Origin: Gnetum montanum
Lineage: Eukaryota; Plantae; Gnetophyta
DNA length: 64,000 nt
Direction of reading: 5' to 3'
Assembly: GCA_015680685.1 (NCBI GenBank)
Contig: MNCI01003377.1
Location: forward strand, 547,604-611,603
In this document: positions 40,402-52,254 of the stretch, one piece after another
How positions within the stretch are numbered: position 1 is the first letter of the stretch
Layout of the letters: every line of letters begins with the position of its first letter
Notes under the pieces: generated by a model
Database searches by the model: none
What the model was told of the DNA's origin: nothing
What the model saw: the letters and a program-made list of their open reading frames with translations, nothing else
Made by a program: the position numbers and the translations under genes

Positions 40402-40643
40402 TACCTCCACAATTGAGTAAAAACTCGTCCTCGAGTTCCTCTTACAATTTGGAAGGTATGGACTTTTATTTACAACACACATGACTTGAGACACACACAT
40501 GAGACAACATCAATTTTACCAAGTGCTCGAGTGTACAGAGAAGGAAAAATTACAAAAATGACGATGTTCAAAGATAAAATTGAACACCCTGCTAGTCCTG
40601 GAGTCTTTGCTGTGTAGAAGGATGCAAAAATTACCGGAGAAGA

Positions 40644-43442
40644 TCACACCGTCCTTGGTGGCGATGGTTCCAACAGACCTTCACCAGCCTTTGGCCCATG
40701 TGGTGGTGGTGGTACGAATGATGGCTGTCTCGCAGCAGCTGCCACTTCTGGAGGCAGCTAAAAAGCCTCCAAGAGGACCCTCATTTTTTCCTCTTTGCTT
40801 CTGGGATTGTTCACTATCCAAGCAGCTTCACCGATGTGTGCTGGAACTGGAACCTCCCAAGGGCATGGCAGCACTAGGAAGAGTTCTTTCAAGTTGATGA
40901 ACCAGGCTACGAACTATTTTTTTTGATGTCGAATGCTTGGATTGATGTCTATAGTTGCTGGTGGTCATTCATTCGATAGGCCAAGTTCTCTGCGACCGCA
41001 CGTTGTCCTTCAAAACTTGTGCGGAGAACCTTGAGTTCTGCGTTTGCTATTTCCAATTTCTGCTTTGTTGCTTTGTGTGTTTGGAACTCGCCCTCGTATA
41101 AAGAAAACAAGGCGGCCACTTGCTTCTCCAATTCGGACAACGTCTCCCAGTTGTGAGCATGGCCAGGTTTGCATAGCAAAGGTTGGTGAGCTCCATATAC
41201 TCTATCATTTCTTCAATCTGCAGCTCTTTGAGGTGGATTTTAGCTTGATTGTAGGCATTCAACCCATCAAAGATAGGTTGCCATACCTCACCTCCTTCTT
41301 GGAGCTACTCGAGTGCTTAGTTTAGCTTGGCCCTTACGACTTGTATTTGCTTCTCATTTACTTCCTTTTGTAGTCCCACTTGGTCCCTATAATGATTCTT
41401 GATTTTTCCAAATTTTAGGGCCTCATTCTTCTAAGTAGTGACTTCGATGGCAGATTTTTGTCACAAGGCTCGAACCTCCTCCATGGATAGATTTCGATTC
41501 TTAGCGGCTAGCCTTCTCACATCAGCACTCACCCTGGCTAGCTCTTCTTACTATTGGTGAATAAAATTTTTCATGTGCTCATTTTTAGCACCAACATTAC
41601 GTAGGCGATGGACTTTCGCGGTCAACCTGACGTTTTCATGGTGAACCTTTGCCAAGTCCTTATCTAAATGATATGTCTGTGCATCTACCAAGGCCTTACC
41701 AAAGATCACCGATTCTTGCTCATCCTCAACTATTTGAGTTTAACCTGAAGCTGTTGAAAAGCTTTATCTCTGGTAAGCTCATGGTTGAGGAGAGCTGGAT
41801 TGGCAAGTTGGGCTCTTAACTAGGCGACTTCCGTTGGCAACCATTGACAAGTGGCTTGAGCAACTTCAAGTTGTCCTTCCAAAATGAGGCTCTTACCCCT
41901 TGCTGAAAGTAGCTTTGACTGGGTTCCAGTTATGTTATCTGGAAGGTCAAAGACATCCGGAAGCAGTTGCCCGATTCCCACCAGTCAATCCAACAGTTCT
42001 TCATGTTGTGCTGCATCAATCCTGCTACATGAAGTTCCGATGGATGCCTGTACATCTTGAAGCCCATGTACATCTCGTACAGGTGCCGCCGATGTGTTGA
42101 GAGCCATAGTAATATCTCCTATTCTTGATGTTGCATCACCAAGACTATTGCCCTCTCGTCATCTTCCAAGCATACTGAGAAGGTAGCAACATTCCCTGAA
42201 ATTTCAAGGAATAGTTGTTGAGTTGATATCATTACCTCTCAGATGCTAGGATCTGTTCTTGCTAGCACTTGTGTTCGGGCAGCGGAGAATATTGACCCTA
42301 CTCTTTCTAGCAAGCTGACTGATTGAGCCACTTGCTTCAGGTGGCTCATTGCAGGGCGATAGACCGAAGGGTCTTCTCCTCCACCAGTCCTACCAGATTG
42401 CTCTTGCTAGCTCAAGAGCGATGGATCACGCGGATGTGTTTTGCAATAGTTTGCAAACCTAACCTTGTTGTTTGTGTAGGTGGTGGAGGTGGTTGCTACT
42501 CTTCCTTCGTCTGTGTAGTGGTAGGAGTCCTATCTTTCATCATTTCATGCCATGAGGCAATCAGGGCATGCTGGAGTGTATCATTGTCCTAGCGTGCTAT
42601 CCCTACCCATTTGCATAATTTTCTAATTAGTTAGGGGAAGGGGAGAGCTCACCTTCCACGTTTTCTTTCAGCGAACCTCTTTTCAATTTCCAAGAATATC
42701 AACTATGGAAGACTCATTGGAAAGTTTCCACTCAAGGCGACACAAGCACGAGCAGAGAAGGCCGTGATTTTGCTGGGTCTTACTGTTGGGTTTAGATGGT
42801 AAGATGCGATCTTTGGATATACCCTCTCCATAGTGGCTAGGGTGTCGAATTCCTTACGATCTACCCCATAGCACTGTCGGATCCACTCCCCTTTTACCTC
42901 AGGGTTTGCTTGTTTCGGGATCTCTGCCACATCTGCTTTGGTCTTTTGCAACCCCAAATCTTACGCTATTGCCTCTGCAGAGTAAGAGACATAAATTTCC
43001 TTAATCCTTACTCTAGATCCCGGTTGTCGATTTGTCCAGAATAGATAGGTTTCTCCTAGGTACCATTCACCACTGGTTGTGATGATCCGCCACATAGGAG
43101 AATTTTGCAATTGAAGTCTCACATCTTTTGGTGCATTTTCAAGAAATGGTCCAAAGTTTAGCTCTTGTAGGACCATCCGTTGCACTTCTCGTGGCTTGAT
43201 AGCAGCAAGACAGGCTTGGGTTAGGGTGGCCTCAAGCTGTGGTGCTATCCTTGGTTAGGAATCTCCTCTTTGGGAATCTGATGGACAGATCCCACATTAG
43301 GTCCTTTGCGGAGGGGGCCAGTTGCATGAGAGCCCTCTGCTTGCTCTAGTTGTTGCATGCCTCGTCCCCTACCTATTTGTGGATGCTTGTCCCTTGGTTG
43401 TGATGGTCCTTTGCCCCTTGGATGCCTCGGTTTGGGTGCCAT
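40644..43442 (-). pseudogene. Athila extra (env-like/ORF2) gene: basic N-terminus, Transposase_32-like region, long coiled coil, conserved C-terminal domain; disrupted
   Basis: Starts MAPKPRHPRGKG; includes YHLNPT...LPFP*LIRKLC; charged helical region; ends LPCPWEV...IG..AW...NPR. Stops and frameshifts present. Confidence 0.7.
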
Positions 43443-45496
43443 TTGCAATCAAACATAACCACCCATTAGACTATGCATAAGTAGCTCAAAATGGTCCTTA
43501 TACACCTTCTCAGTTTGACTAAGTTATGTTGTTGGCATGGGTATTAAATCCCCCAGAGTGTTAATTCATGGGTTAGAGCCAAAAACAACAAAGGATGAGT
43601 TGGAGTTTAAATGGTTATTTTCATTTTTTTCCCCTTTGAGGTGTAAAGTCTTAATTAACTAATTAATTAATTAATTAATTTCACATAGGCTTCACCCCCC
43701 CACGACTGAGAGCATACCTCTAGGTGCTTAATTGGGCAAGGATTAGTTGATGTGGACATGCAATAGAATGTAGGTGCTTTGGAAGAAGTTACGCAGAAAA
43801 AATGACAAAATATCCCCCCAATTTGTTTGCAAAATAATGAAAATCTAAAGCGCAGTGGGCATATATATAGGGGTTGGGAGCTGCGTTGATGGGGTCACGT
43901 ATACATGGCTGGATATATGTAGGGGGCTGCGTATACGAGGCCCCGTATATGCAGGGGGTCACACCCGTTGACTAGCCCATAAAAAGCCTGAAAAGATGAA
44001 TTTAAAATGCCAAATTGGGGCGGTTGAAGAGTGTGAGAGACTGGGAATGCAGTTGAGGATAAAAGGAAGGGAAATCAAGCTAGAAAAAGAGTCACAGGTA
44101 GGAGAACGTTGTAAGAAAGGACTCCGCGGGAAAGAAATCGAGCAATGGGTAACATGGAAATAAGCCACCAACAAAACAAAAGGATGGGAAACTAACAAAC
44201 GGTACCAAGAATATGCAAGTAGGTCCTCCCCATAGCAGGCAGTAGCCTTCATATCCCTTGCATATCCCCAACACTGGGGTCCATGGGCCCCGGGGCTAAG
44301 GAATGGTGATCGTAAGTTAATACACCCATCCATGAGAACTTGTCGCAGCATGAGAAGTTTAAAGGAATCACGACAGATGATCAAAACATATGACCAGCAG
44401 TGAGGTGAGTCAGGGAGAGAAATGGATGGAGAGAGAGGAGTGAGAGTGGAATGCCAATTATCGGTCACATGAAATCCCATGTGAAGTTGTGGTTAAGTGA
44501 CCTGATAGGACCTTGCCTAAGTTCAAACCCAAAACCATCCACATCCAGTGACATCGTAGCAACAGGCAAAGGCTCGTTCACCTCCCAAGTGGACAGGAAT
44601 GCACCCATAGAGAACCACCACTCCAATAAACGCGAGAGGAAGGAAGTGAAATAGGACCAAGTTAGAGGGGATGAAGGAAGTCCCATAACTAGTGCTGGTG
44701 GCCCGTGAGAGGTGGTCTAAGGGTTGTTCTTTGAATTCCCACCTAGTTAAGATTTTATTCTTGTGTTTTGTTTTATTTTGTGGGAACCATGCCGTGCAAA
44801 GACCCATGCTTGTGTGCATGCATTCAACCAAGGGGTGTGCTTTGAATCCTCATGTTTGTTTTTTTTTTTTGAGTTTTTGATGAGGACCATACTATGCAAG
44901 GTCAAACTGCCAAGGAGCTTCCTTGCAAAGAAGGACTTGGAGTGGAAAGAAATCCATAAGGGCACTTCCACTGCCAAAGGGGTAGAAGAGGCCGATGGAT
45001 GTTACATTCCCCTTGAAGTCACACCCGATTCAAACCATTGGGTCATCCCTGAGTCCAGGAACTACACAAGTCACACATTAATTATAATGTTTTTAAGTGA
45101 AACGGGGTTGCATGTTTCCAAGAGTTGGAAAACCATGGAGTGGATGAATGGGTGGATGACGTGGACTCACTACCGATATTATGAGGTGAAAGTAGATGCA
45201 AAAACCAAGAACACCCATGTGAGGACAAGAGCGAGGTAAAAGAAGTAGCTATTTTCAGTGACCCATCGCAACGAAGACCATTCACACCAAACCTGATGAC
45301 AATGAGACGACTTATTAGCGATTAATTAGAAATGAAACACAAACATACTTACGAATAAACAACAACAAAGAAATGGAAAAAATAATTAAAGAAACAAAAA
45401 AATTAACAAGAATTGGCAAATGTATGAAAGATGTTGAAAAACAAAAAAGTGTAAAACAAAAAATTCCAAAAAGGGTGAGTAGCGTAGTGGAATGGA

Positions 45497-48400
45497 TCAG
45501 CATGGAAGATGGTCTCCCCCATGACTGGGTGGGAAGGAGGAGACACGAAAGATGGAGCGAGGTTGTCCCAGTGATGATGAGGTGGTAGCACTGGTTAAGT
45601 GGAGCTCATGGCAAGGTTTTAGTTGTTGCTGGTTGACTAACTGCGTCTGTGTGGGGTCCTCAGGTTTGTGGATGAGTAAGGCCCTAGATGGGAAGGTTTC
45701 GGAGACAATGTAAGGTCCCTCCCACAGTGTTTGAAACTTGGTCGGTTGTGATACATGTGTGGGCTTCCAATACAACAGCTTGTCTCCACATCTAAATGTA
45801 ACCTTCTGAATCTTAAGATCATGAAATTTTTTGTTGTAGGCCTTGTGCATCTCGTTTGAAGACAGGGCCACTAGTCAATTCTCATCTAGCACACTTAGGC
45901 TGATAAGTCGTTTGTGTTGTGCTAGCGGTAGGTCAAGACCTAGGTCACTGGTTGTGGATAGTGTCTGGAGTTCAGCCTGGATTGGAAGTTTTGGTAACTT
46001 TTCGTACACTAACTCATAGGGAGAGTACCCTACAGGAAGTTTCGAAGTGGAGCGATAGGCCTAGAGGGCATCATTGAGTTTGGTGCTCCAATCCCTCCTA
46101 TATTTGTTGATGGTGCGGGTGAGGATCTTGGTGATCTCCCTATTGATGACTTTGGCCTACTCGTTGGCTTGGGGTGATAGGGTGTTGTAAATTTATGGGT
46201 TACCCCCAAGTGTTGCATGAGTTTTCGAAAAGTCACACACGTAAAATGAGTCCCATTTTTTGAGATGAGTGCACATGGCACTCCAAACCTGTTGATGATT
46301 TGCTGTTGGACAAATCATGCGACGGTGTTTGAAGAACAGTCAATAATAGCAACCGCCTCTGCCCACTTTGTATAGTAGTCCACAGCTACGATGATGTACA
46401 CCTTTCCATTGGACAAGGGTGTGATGGACCCCATGAAGTCGATGCCCTAAATGTCAAAGGGCTCCAGTGGTTGGATTCACTGTTGAGGTCCCTCCATCCA
46501 TGCAGTCATCCCACCATCTCTTTGGCATCATTCGCAGGAGCAGGTGAACCATTGTACATCCCTAAAAATTATGGGCCAGTAATATCCTGCAAGCAAGATC
46601 TTAATGGCTGTGTGGCATCCAGCATAGTGGCCCCCACAAGGGTCCTCATGAACATCTTGGAGGACGCGCAGTGTATCGTCATAAGGGATACACCATCGGA
46701 CTAGGCCATCTGTGCACACCTTATAAAGGTGGCCATTGATTTCCATGAAGTGCTTGGCCTTATGGAGAAACTATTATTTCTACCAATGGTCCCACTCCTT
46801 GGGTAACTCTTGAGTTGTGAGATAGGTGAGGATGTGACTGAACCAAGGTGATGCTTTGGGCACCTACGAATCAACTGTATCTATGTAGAGGAGTTCATCT
46901 GGAAATTGGTTGGAAAGGGGCTCCTCCTCTTCTACATCATCGCATCGTAACTGAGACAAGTGGTCAACAACCACATTCTTAGTTCCCTTCCGGTCTACCA
47001 TGGTGAGGTCAAATTCTTGAAGAATCACCAACCACAGGATGATGCAGGGGCTTACCGTCGGTTTGTTCATCAGGAATCGGATAGCACTGTGGTTAGTATG
47101 CATGAACACCTTGTATCTAAGCACATAGTGTCGGAATTTTTCCAAGGCAAACACCACTGCCATCAACTGCTTGCATAGGGGATATAATATGGACATTTTT
47201 GATCATCACACTATGTAAGCATGGCTCCCAAGGCATAATTGGATGCATTTGTCATAATGTGGAAGGGCATGAACCAATCAGGTGCTCGTAGAACTGGAGT
47301 TTCTATGAGTTTTTGCTTAAGCGCTTGGAATGCAGATTCACATTCCTTGGTCTAGATGAACAGAGCATATTTCTTTGTGAGTTCTACCAACGGCTTGGTG
47401 ATCTTCAAGAAATTTTCAATGAAGCGCCAGTAGTAACCAGTGTGGCCAAGGAATAACCAAACATCTTTTTCAATTTTTGGTTGTCAAGTGATTCCTTGGA
47501 TGATCTTGATCTTTTTAGGATCCATGCTAATCCTCGTCTATGAGATACGATGCCCCAGCACAATGCCCTCTTGGACCATCAAGTGGCTTTTCTACCAATT
47601 GAGCTACAGATTAGTGTCTACACACCTCTTTAGAACTTACTCAAGATGGTCCAAGGCTTGCTCAAATGTGGCCCCATAGGTAGAGAAGTCATCCATGAAG
47701 ACTTCTACCCCATTGCCAATTTGCTGCTGGAAGATGCTGAGGACAAGGCATTGGAAAGTGGTAGGCACATTACATAGACCAAAAGACATCTTCTTGTATG
47801 CGAAAGTCCCCCATGAACTTGTGAAAGTTGTTTTGGCTTGGTCCTCTGATGCAATTTGGATTTGGTTATAGCCACTATAACCATCCAAAAAGCTGTAATA
47901 ATGGTGCCCTGTAATGATATCCAACACCTGGTCCACAAATGGGAGTGGGAAGTGATCCTTGAAGGTAGCCATGTTGAGTAATCAGAAATCTATACAGACC
48001 CTCCATTTGCCATCCTTCTTCGGTACAATAATGAGTGGGCTGACCCATTCGCTATCGGTGATGGAATAGATGAACCCCGCTTTAAGAAATTGCTCGATTT
48101 CATCTTTGACGACTTGCTTCAATTTGGGTTCAACCACCTTTGTGGTTGTCATTGTGGCTTCATGGAGGGGTCAATATATATCTGATGTTGGCAGACCCTG
48201 GGATCAACTCCGGTTAACTCAAGATATGACCATGCAAATGCAACATCCTATTTGTTCATCACCTTTAGCAACTTTTTCTTTTTTTCAGGAGCAAGGGTGG
48301 CATTGATAATTACCAGCTTCCCATTTTGCAAAAATGCATATTCTAAGTGGGCCAGTAAGGACTTGAGCTCCAGGGGCTCTTGTTTGAAGCTTTCAAGGAT

Positions 48401-51300
48401 TTGCAGCTTTCCCCAATCATCATGGTTATCAACAGTGGAGACTTGTTGATGAACCTATTCCATTTCATCGATGCTTTCTACATAGGCTTGTACAAGTCCC
48501 TTAGATGCTTCCATGCACAATGTGCTACTAGTAGGATTAGTTGTCAACCACTAGGTACCTTCTTGAGTTGTGGTTGCTGCGTACAGGCACTGTTGAACTG
48601 GCAATTCTTCGGTACACCGACTGCATGCTTGAATGGATGTCCGCTTGGTGGACCATAACTGCTGTACATAGTTGCACCCTGAGTCATTATATGCGATGCA
48701 TGGAACATGCTTCTTCTCAATCTTTCTAAAAGGATTTTTCTTTGAGATTTCAAGGAAAAGATCTCAGAGTCCTAGTCTTGCATCCACCGTGCTCAGCTAG
48801 GCTCTTCCCATTATGATTGGGAAGTTTCCCTTGAAATTTTCCACATGGATGATAAGGAAATCAGCAGGATAAGACCACCGACAAACAGTGGTCACAATAT
48901 CCTCCACCAATCCCAAGGGAATGGTGATGGATTGGTCTGCTAGCTCAAGCCAAATGTTGCTCTTCTTTAGTGGGGATAGGTTCCAATTCTTGTACATGTT
49001 GTGAGAGATCAAATTGACCCTTGACCTCGACTCTAGGAGATCTTTACATGGCTCATTCCCTACCACCTAAAGATAGATGAGGGGGCTTTCCAGATCAATC
49101 AATTTTCAGGAAAGATGGCCTGCCTTTATCCAATTGGTCACTGCGTGTGTGAGCATGACTGTTTATACATTGGAGGGTGTTTGATTTGAAGGTTGCTTGA
49201 GTGGTGGAACAGCGGAGGTGGTTTGAAGTTCAGAGGCACCAGCCATAGGTGGGTGTGAGGGTATGTTCAGACTGTTGGGCCGAAAAAAGGATGTTTTTAT
49301 GGTTTGGGTTCCAGTCCACTCAGCTGAGGTGTTGGTTGTAGGTTCACAGCCCTCGTAGCATTTCTTTGTTGTGGCTGTGGCGGTATCTCCCCTTGCATAG
49401 GTGGAGTAGGTGGTAGTTGAGTGGAATGTTGTGGAGAAGGGGTGGCAGGAGAAGTTGACGGAGGATAGTAAAGATGTGGGATTTCCCCTGGGTGATAGAG
49501 ATTGTGGTTAGAAATATTCTAGGGGATGGTAATAATTTTGAAATGCGGCGTGACTGGAAGAGTCCCATGGAAAGACTGGTTGTTGGACGTAGTGCCCATA
49601 GGGATCTGGCTGTCGATAAGGGTACTGCTACCTTGGAGGTGGCATCCTTCACACTTGTGGGTGCTGCCACTGCTAAAGGTGTTCATAAGGTTGTAGCGAC
49701 ACTCCACTTGGATAATATCCTTTCCATTGGTGGAACTACCTGGAATTGCCTTGTGGGTAAGGCAACCTTCGGGGTGTTTGCCTCTATGCCAAACAAGGGT
49801 TCAATGCGTACATCCTAGAGTCTTGAAGATGTGACACCACAGGACAACACCCCTTAGGATGTTCGTATTGGCATATGCCACATTCATGGTCTTCCTCCGT
49901 ATAAGAGTCTACAACCTGTTCAGCTACAACAACTTTGCCCTTGCCCTTATGATGGGCACGTTCAGCTTCCTTCTTCTTATGCCAATCACAATCATTACCT
50001 TGCTCTCTGGACTCCTCTGCAATTTTTAGAACACTTTGAAATCTTTCATCCAGAGAGTCCCACATCTTATCAACCTTTGTCAATATTTTAGATGCAAACT
50101 TTTGTAAGGGAAAGGTTTTTCGGTTCACCGCTACTTCCAATGGTGATTCCTCCTCATCTTCTCAAAATCAGACTTCCCTCTTTCTGATGGAAGGATTCCG
50201 GTTAAACTCCTCTACACTCTCCTTCTTTCTAAGTTCCCCCTCTTCTTTGGCCACTTGCTCAATGAGGCACTGCAGTTGATGGACCCTTAGTTCTGATAAT
50301 CATCCTTGGGCGTAAACGCCAAGGGTCTTTCTTGTTTCAAAGCAGAGCCCATCAATGATATGGCAAAGATGTGCCTGCTGAGAGTAGCCATGACCAGAGC
50401 ACCAATGTAGCAATGAATAGTACCTACTCATGGCTGCATCCAAGTGTTCATGATTCCCTTGCTTCCAACCTTGGATTTGACGTCTCAGATTCACCACTTT
50501 GGAGTACGTTTGATACTTTTTATTGAAAATCTCAAGCATCGTACTCCATCTTCTGATTAATTCCAATTCCAAAGATCGGTACCATCTTTCTGATTACTTG
50601 ATGAGTGTACAAGGGAATAGCTTAAGCTTCTGCCAATCATTATCTATATTCTGCAGGGTGCAAGCATTATGGAATGCTTGCAAGTGAGTTTGTGGATCAC
50701 AATTGTATCCCCCTTCAAATCTAGGGATGTTGTTCATGTTAATGCATCTGATCTTGCTATCCTTTAAGTGTCTACTAGGGATCTAAACTACCTCAGTGAT
50801 ATGAAGCATGCTCCAAGTAGCCAACAATGGCTCATCCGAGTCATAGTCCTGTTGAGCACCATGGTATCTATGATGATTCTGGTTGCCCCTCCTTTCATGA
50901 CGGTGAGGCTTGTGTGTTTGGTCACGTGCTTCCTCACACTGTTCCTTTCGGTCCTTATGATCACCATCACCCCCCTCCTTCCTACCATGGTTATGATCAG
51001 AGTCTAAACTAGATGAAGGTAATGGGAAGTGAGAGGATGGAGAAGAGGGAGATGGATCGCCACCACCCTAGTGTCAATCTCCCCCTCTACTTTGGTTGCG
51101 GCCTCGATCTTTCTACCCATCTTTGCATGCGTTGTGACTTTTCTAATGTGATCCTCCATCCTCATGGGGATCTCGGTCACTTGATTTTTTATTCTGGATG
51201 ATGGACTGAAGGATCTGGTGCCCCAGAGAAAGTTCAGCTGAATGGGAGTCATGAAAGATAGGCTCCCCATCATCTTGCAGCCCTTGCAAGAATAAGGGAT
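45497..51300 (-). pseudogene. gag-pol of the Athila-like element (disrupted)
   Basis: ORF fragments for gag (50300-50572), protease (48797-49066), RT (47637-47972), RH (46864-47196, ~45-bp deletion relative to the 59.4 kb copy) and INT (45497-46746). Confidence 0.92.
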
Positions 51301-51474
51301 TACTGAATTATTTTCCCTTCACGTGTTTGTACCATTCTACCTACTACTGATCTCGTGCTCATTGCACATCAATGGGATGATGGTCCCAGTAGTCATGGTC
51401 CTCCATGACGTACTCCATACTGTGGTCCTTGATGCCTAGTTTGGTAAGATTGTGGAATAGCATTCCAGAAGCTG

Positions 51475-52254
51475 AACCCTTTTTTAGAATGGTTGTTGTC
51501 CTCTCAACCTCACTTGTGTTGTTCTGATTGCAATGGTTAAGTAAGATTGAGGCAATTGATTTTTATGGCTTTTTACTTGATCTTTTGGCGTCTAATTAAG
51601 GTATGGGAAGTAAGGAATGAAATATTATCTAATCTATAATTATCCTAATCTATATCTTAACTATTCCTAGCATAAGTATCCGATCCCATCTTTTGGGCAC
51701 ATCCTAAGCATCCCCTAACCACTACTGGGTTACCAGACATTAAGCGTCACTAGGTTACCAAGTGTTGGGTTTACGTTCGAGATGGTCGTACTTATGGTTT
51801 GTATGAACTATGAATGAGCAATAGCGATTAGACTAATAATAAGAGAAACTTAAGTAATTATCAAAGCATATAAATATTAAGCTATTAAATGCATTAAATG
51901 ACTAAGTCCAAATGCTACAAGGAATGCTTGAAAGCTCGTCTTTATTACCGTTCACGCCAATGGGCTTAGATACATCAACGCTTGAATAAAGAGCTGGACA
52001 CCTTCTTTACACCTACTATGGGCACTTGGAAAATATTTTAACTCTCACGGAAAAAAACTGCAAGAGCTTTGTTACAAATGACAAAAAGGTACTTGAGAGA
52101 GGCAGAAGCCCTCTTATTTATAGGCTGGAATAGGTTCTGCGTAAACGGGGGCACGTCGACGTATGGAAGGATGCGTCGACAGGCCTACATCGATGAGGCC
52201 ATGTATACCGGGCCACATCAATGCGTAAACGCATGACCAAATGACACTTCATCA
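51475..52254 (-). repeat. 5' LTR lacking its inner ~115 bp (U5) and the PBS
   Basis: Homology to the left LTR begins only at aaccctt (left LTR ~39587). Confidence 0.85.

Larger units (their letters stand above)
39471..52254 (-). mobile_element. Near full-length Athila-like gypsy element with extra 3' ORF, TSD ATAGG
   Basis: LTRs 39471-40401 and ~51475-52254; ATAGG at 39466-39470 and 52255-52259. Order is gag, PR, RT (FLDGYSGYNQI, VFMDDF), RH, INT (GPY/F-like WEGPY). PPT at 40402-40411. Confidence 0.95.

Noticed and set aside
43959-45285. Short ORFs between pol and the extra ORF as captured genes
   Set aside because: They overlap on both strands with no recognisable motif; consistent with the non-coding Athila spacer.
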